Part shown: piece after piece, positions 1 through 9,356 of the stretch | Layout of the letters: each line of letters starts with the position of its first letter | How positions within the stretch are numbered: position 1 is the first letter of the stretch | Virus record (IMG/VR): IMGVR_UViG_2541047679_000006 | Location: 1 to 42,066 of that record | Length of the DNA stretch: 42,066 bases | Source of the DNA: a virus | Lineage: Duplodnaviria; Heunggongvirae; Uroviricota; Caudoviricetes | Strand: one strand, 5' to 3' | Made by a program: the position numbers and the translations under genes | Notes under the pieces: generated by a model | Databases searched by the model: none | The model's input: only the letters and a program-made list of their open reading frames with translations | What the model was told of the DNA's origin: nothing

Positions 1-1284
1 CTACTTCTTCGCCTCTGCAACCACTTTGCTACCCACGCCGCGGTTATTGTATTCCCACATGCGGTTGTAGTTAGTGTCATTCAGATTGCGCTGTACTTCG
101 TCGTTATCATCAACGCTGCCGGTGTTACCCGCAAATGGACGATTAGAGATCACCGCATCAGCCCACGGTTTGGCTGTGTTAAAACCTTCGTTGATGGCGC
201 TATCACGGATCACTACCTGACCGTTGGTATTGGCATCAACATCCAGCGAGCGGCCCAGTTGCGCCACGCCATCACCGGAAGCATTGAAACGGCTGTTTAC
301 GGCGAGGAAACCGTAGTAAATGTTGGACAGCGTAGCCGGTGCAAACACATACGCTTCTTGCTGGGTACGGGAGTTCACCACGCGGAATTCGGTGTTATCG
401 AACACCACTGCGCCGCGACCAGAAACGATATCCACATCCCCTTCAATATAGCTGTTGGTCACCAGCGTACGCGGCTGACGATTCGTTTCCAGACGGTTCT
501 GCACACCGCTGTTGGTGACAAAGAAGGTGTTCTGACGACCGAGAATGTTGACGTTATTGATCTGCACTTTGTCGCCATCAGTACGCAGTGCCACCGCCGG
601 ATGGTTACCCGCATCTACGCTATCGCCCAGCGTGTTTTCGATGGTCAGGTTTTGCAGTTGCAGGCCATTGTTTTGTGACCAGAAGACCGCAGAGCAGAGA
701 ACACCGATACTGTCGCTGCGTTTACTCTGGCAGCTATCGTACATATACCACGCCGGTTTACCTGGCATATATTTGCCGCGCGGGTTGACGTCGTGACGCC
801 AGTCGGCAGGGCTCATGCCACCATCAAGGGAAAGCCCAATCTTCACATCAATCGGTTTTTCACCCGTACCGTACAGAGTAATTCCACCCGGAGCGGCAGG
901 GACATACACCGTTCCCTGATACTCACCAGGCATCACGGCAATATACTGGCGCTTGTTGGTACGCTTGATAATTGCCGCATCTACCGCCGCCTGAATCGTG
1001 GTATGCGTTACACCTTGAGTACCCGCCGGGCCGACAACAAAGTCAGGTTGCGCAGGCAGGGTAATCGGGGAAGGATTCCACGCTGCCGCACCTGGTGTCA
1101 GGGATGCAAAATAGTGTTGAGCATCGAAATTCTGCGCTTCTTTTGCCGACAGAATCGGGCGCGAAGAGGTACCAGGCGCGGTTTGATCAGAAGGACGTTG
1201 ATCGGGCGGTGTTGAGCTACAGGCGGTCAGCGTCACGCCAAAAGCCAATGCCAGCGCCAGACGGGAAACTGAAAATGTGTTCAC
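1..1284 (-). CDS. ybhC: YbhC, pectinesterase-family outer-membrane lipoprotein (host gene flanking lambda attB); complete, stop codon at 1-3
   Basis: 427-aa ORF with lipoprotein-type signal (…LTACSS…); translation recognised as E. coli YbhC; sits immediately left of the att core as in the gal-attB-bio region. Confidence 0.8.
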   Translation of the reverse strand: MNTFSVSRLALALAFGVTLTACSSTPPDQRPSDQTAPGTSSRPILSAKEAQNFDAQHYFASLTPGAAAWNPSPITLPAQPDFVVGPAGTQGVTHTTIQAAVDAAIIKRTNKRQYIAVMPGEYQGTVYVPAAPGGITLYGTGEKPIDVKIGLSLDGGMSPADWRHDVNPRGKYMPGKPAWYMYDSCQSKRSDSIGVLCSAVFWSQNNGLQLQNLTIENTLGDSVDAGNHPAVALRTDGDKVQINNVNILGRQNTFFVTNSGVQNRLETNRQPRTLVTNSYIEGDVDIVSGRGAVVFDNTEFRVVNSRTQQEAYVFAPATLSNIYYGFLAVNSRFNASGDGVAQLGRSLDVDANTNGQVVIRDSAINEGFNTAKPWADAVISNRPFAGNTGSVDDNDEVQRNLNDTNYNRMWEYNNRGVGSKVVAEAKK

Positions 1285-1330
1285 AGGTTGCTCCGGGCTA
1301 TGAAATAGAAAAATGAATCCGTTGAAGCCT

Positions 1331-1418
1331 GCTTTTTTATACTAAGTTGGCATTATAAAAAAGCATTGCTTATCAATTTGTTGCAACGAACAGGTCACTA
1401 TCAGTCAAAATAAAATCA
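1331..1418. repeat. attL: 15-bp common core GCTTTTTTATACTAA (1331-1345) plus lambda-type P' arm
   Basis: Core sequence read directly; downstream sequence (…AGTTGGCATTATAAAAAAGCATTGCTTATCAATTTGTTGCAACGAACAGGTCACTATCAGTCAAAATAAAATCATTATTTGATTTC…) matches the lambda attP P' arm as I recall it. Confidence 0.85.
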
Positions 1419-2489
1419 TTATTTGATTTCAATTTTGTCCCACTCCCTGCCTCTGTCATCACGATACTGTGATGCCATGGTGTCCGACTTATGCCCGAGA
1501 AGATGTTGAGCAAACTTATCGCTTATCTGCTTCTCATAGAGTCTTGCAGACAAACTGCGCAACTCGTGAAAGGTAGGCGGATCCCCTTCGAAGGAAAGAC
1601 CTGATGCTTTTCGTGCGCGCATAAAATACCTTGATACTGTGCCGGATGAAAGCGGTTCGCGACGAGTAGATGCAATTATGGTTTTTCCACCAAGAATCTC
1701 TTTGCATTTATCAAGTGTTTCCTTCATTGATATCCCGAGAGCATCAACATGCAATGCTGTTGGGATGGCAATTTTTACGCCTGTTTTGCTTTGCTCGACA
1801 TAAAGATATCCATCTACGATATCAGACCACTTCATTTCGCATAAATCCCCAACTCGCTGCCCGGTAACAACAGCCAGTTCCATTGCAAGTCTGAGCCAAC
1901 ATGGTGATGATTCTGCTGCTTGATAAATTTTCAGGTATTCGTCAGCCGTAAGTCTTGATCTCCTCACCTCTGATTTTGCTGCGCGAGTGGCAGCGACCGG
2001 GTTTGTTGTTATATGGCCTTCAGCTATTGCCTCTCGGAATGCATCGCTCAGTGTTGATCTGATTAACTTGGCTGATGCCGCCTTGCCCTCGTCTATGTAT
2101 CCATTGAGCATTGCCGCAATTTCTTTTGTGGTGATGTCTTCAAGTGGAACATCAGGTAGACCCCTCCTTATTGCTTTAATTTTGCTCATGTAATTTATGA
2201 GTGTTTTCTGCTTGATTCCTCTACTGGCGAGTATTTTTTCGTAGCGATCAAGCCATGAATGTAACGTAACAGAATTATCACTGTTGATTCTCGCTGTCAG
2301 AGGCTTGTGTTTGAGTCCTGAAAATAACTCAATGTTTGCCTGTATTGCTTCAGTAATTGCTATCCTCCTGTCTCTGCCTAATCCGAACTCTTTACCCGTC
2401 CTTGGGTCCCTGTAGCAGTAATATCCATTGTTTCTTATATAAAGGTTAGGGGGTAAATCCCGGCGCTCATGACTTCGCCTTCTTCCCAT
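1419..2489 (-). CDS. int: Integrase, tyrosine recombinase (lambda Int type)
   Basis: 356-aa translation MGRRRSHERRDLPPNLYIRNNGYYCYRDPRTGKEFGLGRDRRIAITEAIQANIELF… is essentially lambda Int; ATG verified at 2489-2487. Confidence 0.95.
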   Translation of the reverse strand: MGRRRSHERRDLPPNLYIRNNGYYCYRDPRTGKEFGLGRDRRIAITEAIQANIELFSGLKHKPLTARINSDNSVTLHSWLDRYEKILASRGIKQKTLINYMSKIKAIRRGLPDVPLEDITTKEIAAMLNGYIDEGKAASAKLIRSTLSDAFREAIAEGHITTNPVAATRAAKSEVRRSRLTADEYLKIYQAAESSPCWLRLAMELAVVTGQRVGDLCEMKWSDIVDGYLYVEQSKTGVKIAIPTALHVDALGISMKETLDKCKEILGGKTIIASTRREPLSSGTVSRYFMRARKASGLSFEGDPPTFHELRSLSARLYEKQISDKFAQHLLGHKSDTMASQYRDDRGREWDKIEIK

Positions 2490-2685
2490 TTCTGATCCTC
2501 TTCAAAAGGCTACCTGTTACTGGTCGATTTAAGTCAACCTTTACCGCTGATTCGTGGAACAGATACTCTCTTCCATCCTTAACCGGAGGAGGGAATATCC
2601 TGCATTCGCGCACCCATCGACGAACTGTTTCAAGGCTTCTTGGGCGCCGCTGGCGTGCGTTCCACTCCTGAAGTGTTAAGTACAT
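2467..2685 (-). CDS. xis: Excisionase (lambda Xis type), overlapping the int start
   Basis: 72-aa translation MYLTLQEWNARQRRPRSLETVRRWVRECRIFPPPVKDGREYLFHESAVKVDLNRP… matches lambda Xis; overlap with int as in lambda. Confidence 0.9.
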   Translation of the reverse strand: MYLTLQEWNARQRRPRSLETVRRWVRECRIFPPPVKDGREYLFHESAVKVDLNRPVTGSLLKRIRNGKKAKS

Positions 2686-2704
2686 CGCAAAGTCTCCGCA
2701 ATTA

Positions 2705-2733
2705 CACGCAAGAAAAAACCGCCATCAGGCGGC
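2705..2733 (-). terminator. Candidate intrinsic terminator upstream of xis (hairpin GCCGCC-TGAT-GGCGGT followed by a T-run on the minus strand)
   Basis: Inverted repeat with G-U wobble plus TTTTTTCTT read on the minus strand; overlaps the stop of the 55-aa ORF. Confidence 0.35.
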
Positions 2734-2892
2734 TTGGTGTTCTTTCAGTTCTTCAATTCGAATATTGGTTACGTCTGCATGTGCTATCTGCGCCCATATC
2801 ATCCAGTGGTTATAGCAGTCGTTGATGTCCTCTGCTTCGATAACCCTGTTGAATGGCTCTCCGTTCCATTCACCTGTGACTCGGAAGTGCAT
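2725..2892 (-). CDS. Hypothetical small protein (55 aa) upstream of xis
   Basis: ATG at 2892-2890 preceded by GGAGA; translation MHFRVTGEWNGEPFNRVIEAEDINDCYNHWMIWAQIAHADVTNIRIEELKEHQAA; below the ORF-track size cut-off. Confidence 0.4.
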   Translation of the reverse strand: MHFRVTGEWNGEPFNRVIEAEDINDCYNHWMIWAQIAHADVTNIRIEELKEHQAA

Positions 2893-3240
2893 TTATCATC
2901 TCCATAAAACAAAACTCGCCGTAGCGAGTTCAGATAAAAGAAAACCCGCACTCGGCGGGTTCGCATTCGTTCAAATTGCGTTTACTTCTTGGCGTTCTGT
3001 TCATCCATATCGATATACCATGGGTTGCTTCCCTTGGGCATGTTTAACGACTGCTCGCGATAGTATCTGATGCGCTCCATGAAATACTCGCGTGAGTGCT
3101 CAGGTTGCTCTCATGCTACCTGCTCAGTGATAACAGGTATATTAAGGCGCTCTCTGTACTCCATGCCTGATGCTGCAAGGTCAACGTTTACCTTGTTCTG
3201 TTTTTCTTTCGATTTCTCGGCGATGTTATGCCTGACATTG

Positions 3241-3483
3241 TCAACCAGCCTCCTTCTGAACATAACGGTTATAAATCAGTCCCTGAGGGCCATAAGGAAG
3301 CGGGATGTGCAACTCCTCTGGTTCAGAAACTATCCATTCCCCGGCCATCTCCGCTGGAGAGGTAATGATAAGTTGTTTGCTAATAAAAGGACCACTCCTC
3401 TCAACAACAAGCTTACCATCTTCATTAATAAAAGCTTGGATGTCAGGTGTGCTTCCACACTTGGTGATGCAGCGTTTGAACAT
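3241..3483 (-). CDS. Hypothetical protein (80 aa)
   Basis: ORF with ATG start at 3483-3481; an unusual C7 tract (3491-3497) lies just upstream; no recognisable family. Confidence 0.3.
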   Translation of the reverse strand: MFKRCITKCGSTPDIQAFINEDGKLVVERSGPFISKQLIITSPAEMAGEWIVSEPEELHIPLPYGPQGLIYNRYVQKEAG

Positions 3484-3610
3484 TTTGTGTCCCCCCCATT
3501 TTATGTACGGGGTAATTATAACACATTGAAATATAGTAATATTTGACGTAGATTTCTTTTGATCTATAAGCGATTTTTTAATGCTTTTAAGTTATAAATA
3601 CTTGTTTTCA

Positions 3611-4219
3611 TCACCCATCTTGCTGCGGTGCTACTATTGAAAAGTACTCACACCCTTTAGCCCAAATAGTTTTGATAGTTGTCCAACTGACTGGAACCTT
3701 GATTTCGATTCTCCCGCTGCCGTCACAAGTTTCGCAATCATCATCACCAAAGCATTCCGGGCAGCTTATAAACGTAGTTTCTGAAAATTCACCGGATAGC
3801 ACACCCTTAGCGCCGTTCTCAGCGGTTAGTTTCTTCGGCACTATAACCCAACCATCCGGAGTTACCGGAGAGTTGCCCGATGGCTCGTTCAACTTGCAAG
3901 TTTGGCTTACAGGTTCAGCTTCCAGTTCTGCTATGCGCTTTTTTGCTGCTTCCAGCTCGCCAAGCAGCGCCAAGACGGTAGCCGGATTGGCTGCGGCGAT
4001 GAATTCAGCATTGGCCTGCTGTTCCATTTGGAAATCTTCATCGAAACCGCTTTCTGGATGCGCTCCTTCAATTCTGCAAATGGGAAGATATCCAACAACT
4101 TCACGATGAATTAGCGCATCACCAGCATCAAATCTCTCCTCTCCATATTCGAGCGACCACACACCACACGTTGCTTTTTCTGCTGCCTCACGCAGTGCCT
4201 GATAGTCAATCTTGTTCAT
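3611..4219 (-). CDS. Ea22/Ead-like early protein (coiled-coil N-terminus, Cys-rich C-terminus)
   Basis: 202-aa ORF, ATG with GGTGATG RBS; composition (…LLGELEAAKKRIAELEA… then CPECFGDDDCETCDGSG) resembles the Ea22 family of lambdoid b2/early regions. Confidence 0.5.
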   Translation of the reverse strand: MNKIDYQALREAAEKATCGVWSLEYGEERFDAGDALIHREVVGYLPICRIEGAHPESGFDEDFQMEQQANAEFIAAANPATVLALLGELEAAKKRIAELEAEPVSQTCKLNEPSGNSPVTPDGWVIVPKKLTAENGAKGVLSGEFSETTFISCPECFGDDDCETCDGSGRIEIKVPVSWTTIKTIWAKGCEYFSIVAPQQDG

Positions 4220-4220
4220 G

Positions 4221-4520
4221 TCACATCACCCTGAATCCGTTGCATTTACGTAAGAAATCGCAGATATAGCCCTTCATTTTTTCATGCCAATCTCGATCAT
4301 TCCCATTGCACCAACCATCAGGTGGAGTCCAGTTTTCTATCAGAGCAGCCATTTTCTTTGCTTTCGCCGGAGTAGCTGTTGCGGTATCGCAGTAATGACG
4401 AGTGTCAACCAACGCATCCATACCATCGATATCAAGTACGCAAAACCATGTGTGATTCGGAATTCCTACAGGTGGTATTTGTTGCCCACGTCGACGTTTA
4501 TCAATAAGATATACACTCAC
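4221..4520 (-). CDS. Hypothetical early-left protein (99 aa, GTG start)
   Basis: ORF with GTG start preceded by GAGG; stop abuts the next gene; unrecognised. Confidence 0.45.
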   Translation of the reverse strand: MSVYLIDKRRRGQQIPPVGIPNHTWFCVLDIDGMDALVDTRHYCDTATATPAKAKKMAALIENWTPPDGWCNGNDRDWHEKMKGYICDFLRKCNGFRVM

Positions 4521-4939
4521 TGCTTGCCTCCTTTACGTAGCTCGGCGGCAAAAGCTACTGCGTGATCATGATGTTCAAGTGTGTATGCACACTCCGCAAA
4601 CATCTCCACCCCCTGCGCCCGTACTTCAGCCAGGAAAGCATCGGTAGCTGGAGTTTCAGTAACATCATCTTCCCATTCGCTAAACTCCTCACGACAAAAG
4701 TCATTAAATTCCTTCTCAGATTGCTTAAGCGATGTATTTTCAGCAGCCATCTTCGCGCATTTAGCCTCAAGGTTATCAATCGTGATTCCAGCAGAACGAC
4801 ACTCCCGCAACGCCGTTTCCAGTTTTGATTCAAGCTCACCGAACTTACGCACCAGATATTCAGCGTTTGTTTCGTTAACCTTTAAATCTCGTGGAATGCA
4901 TTTACCTTTCAGAAAACCATCCATCTCAATTAGTGACAT
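4517..4939 (-). CDS. Hypothetical early-left protein (140 aa), Ead/Ea22-like acidic coiled-coil
   Basis: ATG at 4939-4937; start overlaps the stop of the upstream 59-aa ORF. Confidence 0.45.
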   Translation of the reverse strand: MSLIEMDGFLKGKCIPRDLKVNETNAEYLVRKFGELESKLETALRECRSAGITIDNLEAKCAKMAAENTSLKQSEKEFNDFCREEFSEWEDDVTETPATDAFLAEVRAQGVEMFAECAYTLEHHDHAVAFAAELRKGGKQ

Positions 4940-5109
4940 TTGTTTAATTTCTTCCCACTCCGCAACATCGCATTCAGATATTTGTTTTGATTCACTGATG
5001 GAAAAGAATTTCTCTTAAGCAATTCCTCTCTCGATGGCATTGGCTTTACGCGTTGGCGAATAATCATTTCTGCCGGAAGAATGCCGGGATTGTATGCAAG
5101 TCCTCTCAT
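4930..5109 (-). CDS. Hypothetical small protein (59 aa)
   Basis: ATG at 5109-5107 with GGAG RBS 7 nt upstream; just below the track cut-off; no family recognised. Confidence 0.3.
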   Translation of the reverse strand: MRGLAYNPGILPAEMIIRQRVKPMPSREELLKRNSFPSVNQNKYLNAMLRSGKKLNKCH

Positions 5110-5125
5110 GGTAAACTCCTCTTTG

Positions 5126-5440
5126 TTAATTTATTCGTATGCCCGCTCTTTCTTCATCGAGTTTTTTTAGCTTGTATCTCATAGCTCTTACTGAATAAAT
5201 TGAGCGGCAGGTTGCAATTGCTATTTCTTCTGCGGAGAACTTACCGAAAAGTGATACTTCGGCTCTTGTCCATCGTCTTCCACGAAGTCGGCTAACAATG
5301 TCAGCGCCAATCCTTGTTGCTTTCGCCATTACTGCTTTTTCAGTCCTTTCCAGTTTTTCAGCGATAACTTCAACTGGCATTGTCGCCGCTACTTCGCGCA
5401 AGAAATCGACTTCCCATTTCTCCCAAGGAGTCTTTTTCAT
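5126..5440 (-). CDS. Hypothetical early-left protein (104 aa)
   Basis: ATG-initiated ORF in the same operon orientation; unrecognised. Confidence 0.45.
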   Translation of the reverse strand: MKKTPWEKWEVDFLREVAATMPVEVIAEKLERTEKAVMAKATRIGADIVSRLRGRRWTRAEVSLFGKFSAEEIAIATCRSIYSVRAMRYKLKKLDEERAGIRIN

Positions 5441-5451
5441 AGTCGATACCG

Positions 5452-5940
5452 TTATTTGATAAGAAGTGAAGGTTTCCCAACTTTGAGTTGAGCGCCGGGG
5501 ATATTTATTCCTGCTTTTAGTTGGTGTTTGATTGCCAGTTTGTCGGCTTTAATTGTCGTTTCAAACTCAACGTATTCAGGAGGAAGGGCGCTTGAGTCGA
5601 TGATTTCTACAATTTCTGACGGTTTGCGGATTGTTACCTGGTGAATACCTGCTCGAATCTTTTTCTTGCCAACCATTTCAAGCGATGACGCTATATATGA
5701 TTTGATGCTGTCAATCTTATTTTGAATTACTGCGGCTCGCTCATTCAGCGACTTTGCCTCTTCCTTGAGGCGTTCAGCATAACCAGATTCATTTTTAATG
5801 ACGGAAAGAAGTTGCTCTATTTTATCGGTAAATTCTCCTTCCATGCCTTCTATTGTGTCAGCAATCATCTCTGGCTCTAAATCTGAATCCATCAGCTTTG
5901 CGTATTCATTGGCTATTTCATACAGTTTGCTCACTGGCAA
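5452..5940 (-). CDS. Gp157-family protein (recombination-module accessory); probable real start GTG at 5934
   Basis: Translation (…KLYEIANEYAKLMDSDLEPEMIADTIEGMEGEF…KSLNERAAVIQNKIDSIKSYI…) resembles the siphovirus Gp157 family usually found next to recT/erf; GGAGG RBS 6 nt before the GTG. Confidence 0.55.
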   Translation of the reverse strand: MPVSKLYEIANEYAKLMDSDLEPEMIADTIEGMEGEFTDKIEQLLSVIKNESGYAERLKEEAKSLNERAAVIQNKIDSIKSYIASSLEMVGKKKIRAGIHQVTIRKPSEIVEIIDSSALPPEYVEFETTIKADKLAIKHQLKAGINIPGAQLKVGKPSLLIK

Positions 5941-6829
5941 CCTCCAGTTTCGCTTTGCATTCTATGTAAATGGCTTGTACGTTCTGCTGCAATTTCATTC
6001 CAGATGTCAGGCGATATGCTTCTGCAAAATATCGCTTCAAATCATCCATGTTTTCAGCCTGAGCCATTTCATCACAAAGAAGTTGTGCTTTATCCGTTAT
6101 TTCCTGCTGGCGTTTCCGTTCATCTTCGCGGATATCTTCCTCTGATTTGTGCGGCATAACTGGTTCAGTCCACACACCTTCTTCTTCGTTTAGTACGTGA
6201 ATAGCACTATCAAGACGTGATGCCTTAGGCCAATACTTGCTTGCACGCTTTACGACCGTCTTTCGCGCCATCTCATTCCAGTGATTTACCCATGGTCCTT
6301 TATCGCTGAATGCTGCCTTGCTTGTTTTCCTTACAGCCTCAATTTCAGCCAGACTCATCTCTTCCGTTAGATAATCACCTGCTGGCGTCTTAACTGTGCA
6401 GTAAACGCCAACGATATCACCACGATCACCGAAGGCGTTGTATTTATGGGTTGGTGCTTTATCAAGCCCGTTTGACTCATAGGTATCGTTAGCATGAACA
6501 AGTTTTGCCTGACCCCATGAGATAACACCAGACTCCATTGCAATATGGAGCAATCCCATATAACTGATATCAAGGCAAACCATGCCGTCGCGCGGAACCA
6601 GATAAGCCAGTTTGCTGGCCGGGTTTAAGGTGATGCCGATCGCCGCAACATTGATGATGGCGTTCTGTGCGCTGGTTGGATTTGCCAGTGCCGTTTTAGC
6701 CAGGTAATCGTTTTTCTGGAAATACTGAATTGCAAACTGGCTTTCCTTAGCCCATGTCACCGTCTGTTCAGTCAATGCTCCGCAGAATAACTGCTCTTGC
6801 TGTTTAACGAATTCAACGATATTGCTCAT
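5918..6829 (-). CDS. recT: RecT-family single-strand annealing recombinase
   Basis: 303-aa translation recognised as RecT/Bet-superfamily; ATG verified at 6829-6827. Confidence 0.8.
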   Translation of the reverse strand: MSNIVEFVKQQEQLFCGALTEQTVTWAKESQFAIQYFQKNDYLAKTALANPTSAQNAIINVAAIGITLNPASKLAYLVPRDGMVCLDISYMGLLHIAMESGVISWGQAKLVHANDTYESNGLDKAPTHKYNAFGDRGDIVGVYCTVKTPAGDYLTEEMSLAEIEAVRKTSKAAFSDKGPWVNHWNEMARKTVVKRASKYWPKASRLDSAIHVLNEEEGVWTEPVMPHKSEEDIREDERKRQQEITDKAQLLCDEMAQAENMDDLKRYFAEAYRLTSGMKLQQNVQAIYIECKAKLEVASEQTV

Positions 6830-7137
6830 GCAGCTTCTCCAAAAATGTGTCTGCGTTTGAATATTGCGAAGGCATATTCAGCCTTAACTCTTTCGGTTAT
6901 TGCATCCCAGAACCATTCAGCGGCTTTTTCCTGATAGTTACAATCATCATCTTCCAGCCAGTCGATAGCATCCTTAGTATGTTCATCTGGTTTATATGAG
7001 CGAAGCATTTCGCTTATTGGGTCGCAACGTTTGCAGAGGCGATCAACTTCACTGTTGATTCGTTCGTAATCTTCATCAGTAAAACTTGCGATTATTTGCG
7101 ATATTTCACGCTTATCATTCAGAGTCAGAATCATCAT
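6826..7137 (-). CDS. Hypothetical acidic protein (103 aa) immediately upstream of recT
   Basis: ATG-ATG start at 7137; overlaps the recT start by 4 nt; no nuclease motifs recognised. Confidence 0.45.
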   Translation of the reverse strand: MMILTLNDKREISQIIASFTDEDYERINSEVDRLCKRCDPISEMLRSYKPDEHTKDAIDWLEDDDCNYQEKAAEWFWDAITERVKAEYAFAIFKRRHIFGEAA

Positions 7138-7565
7138 CTTTCTCCTGTTCTTTGTGCTGATTGAGCATTTTGTTCATCTGACGAATGAATTCTTCGTCTG
7201 ACCAGTTATCTGTAAAACTCATTTCCTGCGATACCACGGAAGGTTGATAGCTGATTTCATCGCTTTATTTGCTTCAAGCCACATTTTTGAATCACCAATA
7301 AATCTGGCTATTACTGCTTTGTTCTGTGCAGCACGAAGCATCTGGTGATTAATGGCTATTTCATTGCGCATAACGCCTCCAGTTGTTTCTTTGCTGCTCT
7401 GATTAATTGTTTAACTCGGCGTGATAATTCAGATTCGTGCGGGTAGAAAGCGGACATGACGCCGCTACCCGCGAGCTGAAAGTGCATCATGGGTAACTCC
7501 TTATATTTGATTGCATAACGAAAACGCCTCGAGTGAAGCGTAATTGGTATGCGGTAACGCCGCGC

Positions 7566-7934
7566 TCAGGCGGCCTTGATAGTCATATCATCTGAATCAA
7601 ATATTCCTGATGTGTCGATATCGGTAATTCTTATTCCTTCGCTACCATCCATTGAAGGCCATCCTTCCTGACCATTTCCATCATTCCAGTCGAACTCACA
7701 CACAACACCATATGCATTTAAGTCGCTTGAAATTGCTATAAGCAGAGCATGTTGCGCCAGCATGATTAATACAGCATTTAATACAGAGCCGTGTTTATTG
7801 AGTCGGTATTCAGAGTCTGACCAGAAATTATTAATCTGGTGAAGTTTTTCCTCTGTCATTACGTCATGGTCAATTTCAATTTCTATTGATGCTTTCCAGT
7901 CGTAATCAATGATGTATTTTTTGATGTTTGACAT
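7566..7934 (-). CDS. Hypothetical acidic early protein (122 aa), possibly DUF2528-like
   Basis: ATG with GAGGAT RBS; family assignment is from memory only. Confidence 0.45.
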   Translation of the reverse strand: MSNIKKYIIDYDWKASIEIEIDHDVMTEEKLHQINNFWSDSEYRLNKHGSVLNAVLIMLAQHALLIAISSDLNAYGVVCEFDWNDGNGQEGWPSMDGSEGIRITDIDTSGIFDSDDMTIKAA

Positions 7935-7953
7935 CTGTTCATATCCTCACAGA

Positions 7954-7980
7954 TAAAAAATCGCCCTCACATTGGAGGGC
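7954..7980 (-). terminator. Intrinsic terminator (GCCCTC-N6-GAGGGC hairpin plus U-run on the minus strand) downstream of the AT-rich cassette
   Basis: Perfect 6-bp stem followed on the minus strand by TTTTTTAT; read directly. Confidence 0.5.
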
Positions 7981-8084
7981 AAAGAAGATTTCCAATAATC
8001 AGAACAAGTCGGCTCCTGTTTAGTTACGAGCGACATTGCTCCGTGTATTCACTCGTTGGAATGAATACACAGTGCTTATTCGTA

Positions 8085-8555
8085 CTAATAAAATACCCAA
8101 TTTTCTGTTTCTTGGTTGTGTCCAAAGTTATATTCAATATCTGGTGTTGATGTATCAATATTTTTCATCCCATCAACAAGAGTTGATACAACAGCCAAAT
8201 CTTGTTTTATTCTCATTAAATGGTATTTCTTCCGGCGCAATAAACTTTCAATGGCAAGTTTCTTCGTTGGGAATGCAAAAGATCTTTCTGCATTTTTTGC
8301 TACTTTCTTAATTGCATATCTATTTCTCCTTTGTTTCCATTCCTGTAACCACTGATTTGGTGCTGGTTTAAAATTAACAATCCAATGCGCAGGAACCAAC
8401 CATGCATAATGCTCTGTCTGATGAAAAGCTATATATTGAAGTGCGAATATTTTGATTCCATCTTCTTCAACTGTCGCCTGGAATCTCCAGAAAACAGGCA
8501 TTCCATCATGTTCAGTTTCTGATTCAGGAAAAGGTACGCTCCATGATTTTGTCAT
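8085..8555 (-). CDS. Hypothetical protein (156 aa), AT-rich accessory gene, second gene of a two-gene cassette
   Basis: ATG at 8555 with GAGGTGA RBS; visibly AT-rich relative to neighbours; perfect 9-bp inverted repeat (8043-8051 / 8062-8070) just downstream of the stop; no family recognised. Confidence 0.55.
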   Translation of the reverse strand: MTKSWSVPFPESETEHDGMPVFWRFQATVEEDGIKIFALQYIAFHQTEHYAWLVPAHWIVNFKPAPNQWLQEWKQRRNRYAIKKVAKNAERSFAFPTKKLAIESLLRRKKYHLMRIKQDLAVVSTLVDGMKNIDTSTPDIEYNFGHNQETENWVFY

Positions 8556-8618
8556 ATATCACCTCAAATAATTCAGTACAGTGTTTATTCTCTTGTTTAT
8601 GCCAAAAATAAAGGCCGA

Positions 8619-9242
8619 CTATGAGGCCTCGGAAGGAAGTCCAATCATCTTATTCAAATCTTCTACCCGTAAAGCAGGAAGTGCTGTACTTGCTTTATCT
8701 GCTTCTTTTGGTAGCAATTCTTTGCTTTCAGGCCAAACTTCAATAAGTCGCTTAACTGTTGTGACTGAGTTCAAAGCAGCCCATACATTTGATTCGATAT
8801 CCTTTTTCTTGGCTTCAAGTTTTTGTTGCAATGCGCAGATTTCATCAAACCTTTTTGTTATTTCGTGTTCTGCGTCAAACATGCATTTATCTTTTTCTGG
8901 GGTGGGGAGCAATATATCTTCACCGTTGCCGTCTTTTCCGTATGAATGCCAGCCAACCCTTCTTCCAGATACAATCAGATAAATCGAAGTAGAACGAACA
9001 TCGTATGAGTAAAATGAACATCCCATCTTTTCAAGTTCTTCACTTATAGCTACCAACTTGGATGATAACTGATCCACTTCCTCAGTTTTCTTTTTACCTC
9101 CAAACGCAATAACTCTGGCGTCAAGTGCAAGCTGGTTCTTTAACTTTGTTACTTCTTCAAGTTCAGTGAAAACCCCAGACTTAATTAAAGCGTTACGAGC
9201 GATTTCCTCTTTCATTCTCGTAGTTAAGCGGATTGATGACAT
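8619..9242 (-). CDS. Hypothetical protein (207 aa from the ATG at 9242), AT-rich accessory gene, first gene of the cassette
   Basis: ATG at 9242-9240 with GAGAGG RBS (the track's longer ORF begins at a TTG); AT-rich; no family recognised. Confidence 0.55.
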   Translation of the reverse strand: MSSIRLTTRMKEEIARNALIKSGVFTELEEVTKLKNQLALDARVIAFGGKKKTEEVDQLSSKLVAISEELEKMGCSFYSYDVRSTSIYLIVSGRRVGWHSYGKDGNGEDILLPTPEKDKCMFDAEHEITKRFDEICALQQKLEAKKKDIESNVWAALNSVTTVKRLIEVWPESKELLPKEADKASTALPALRVEDLNKMIGLPSEAS

Positions 9243-9356
9243 ATTAATTCCTCTCAAATAAGTGGTTTGCTGCCTAATTTCATTTTCTGGCGACCAACAC
9301 AAGTCACACCCATTTCACTGCGTGGCTTGCGGTAGTAAATTAGGTTTGTTCAGACA

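Noticed and set aside
259-1316. Several plus-strand ORFs (259-678, 545-796, 588-788, 793-1215, 1095-1316)
   Set aside because: They lie antisense within the well-supported ybhC coding region and have no RBS or recognisable products; treated as spurious.
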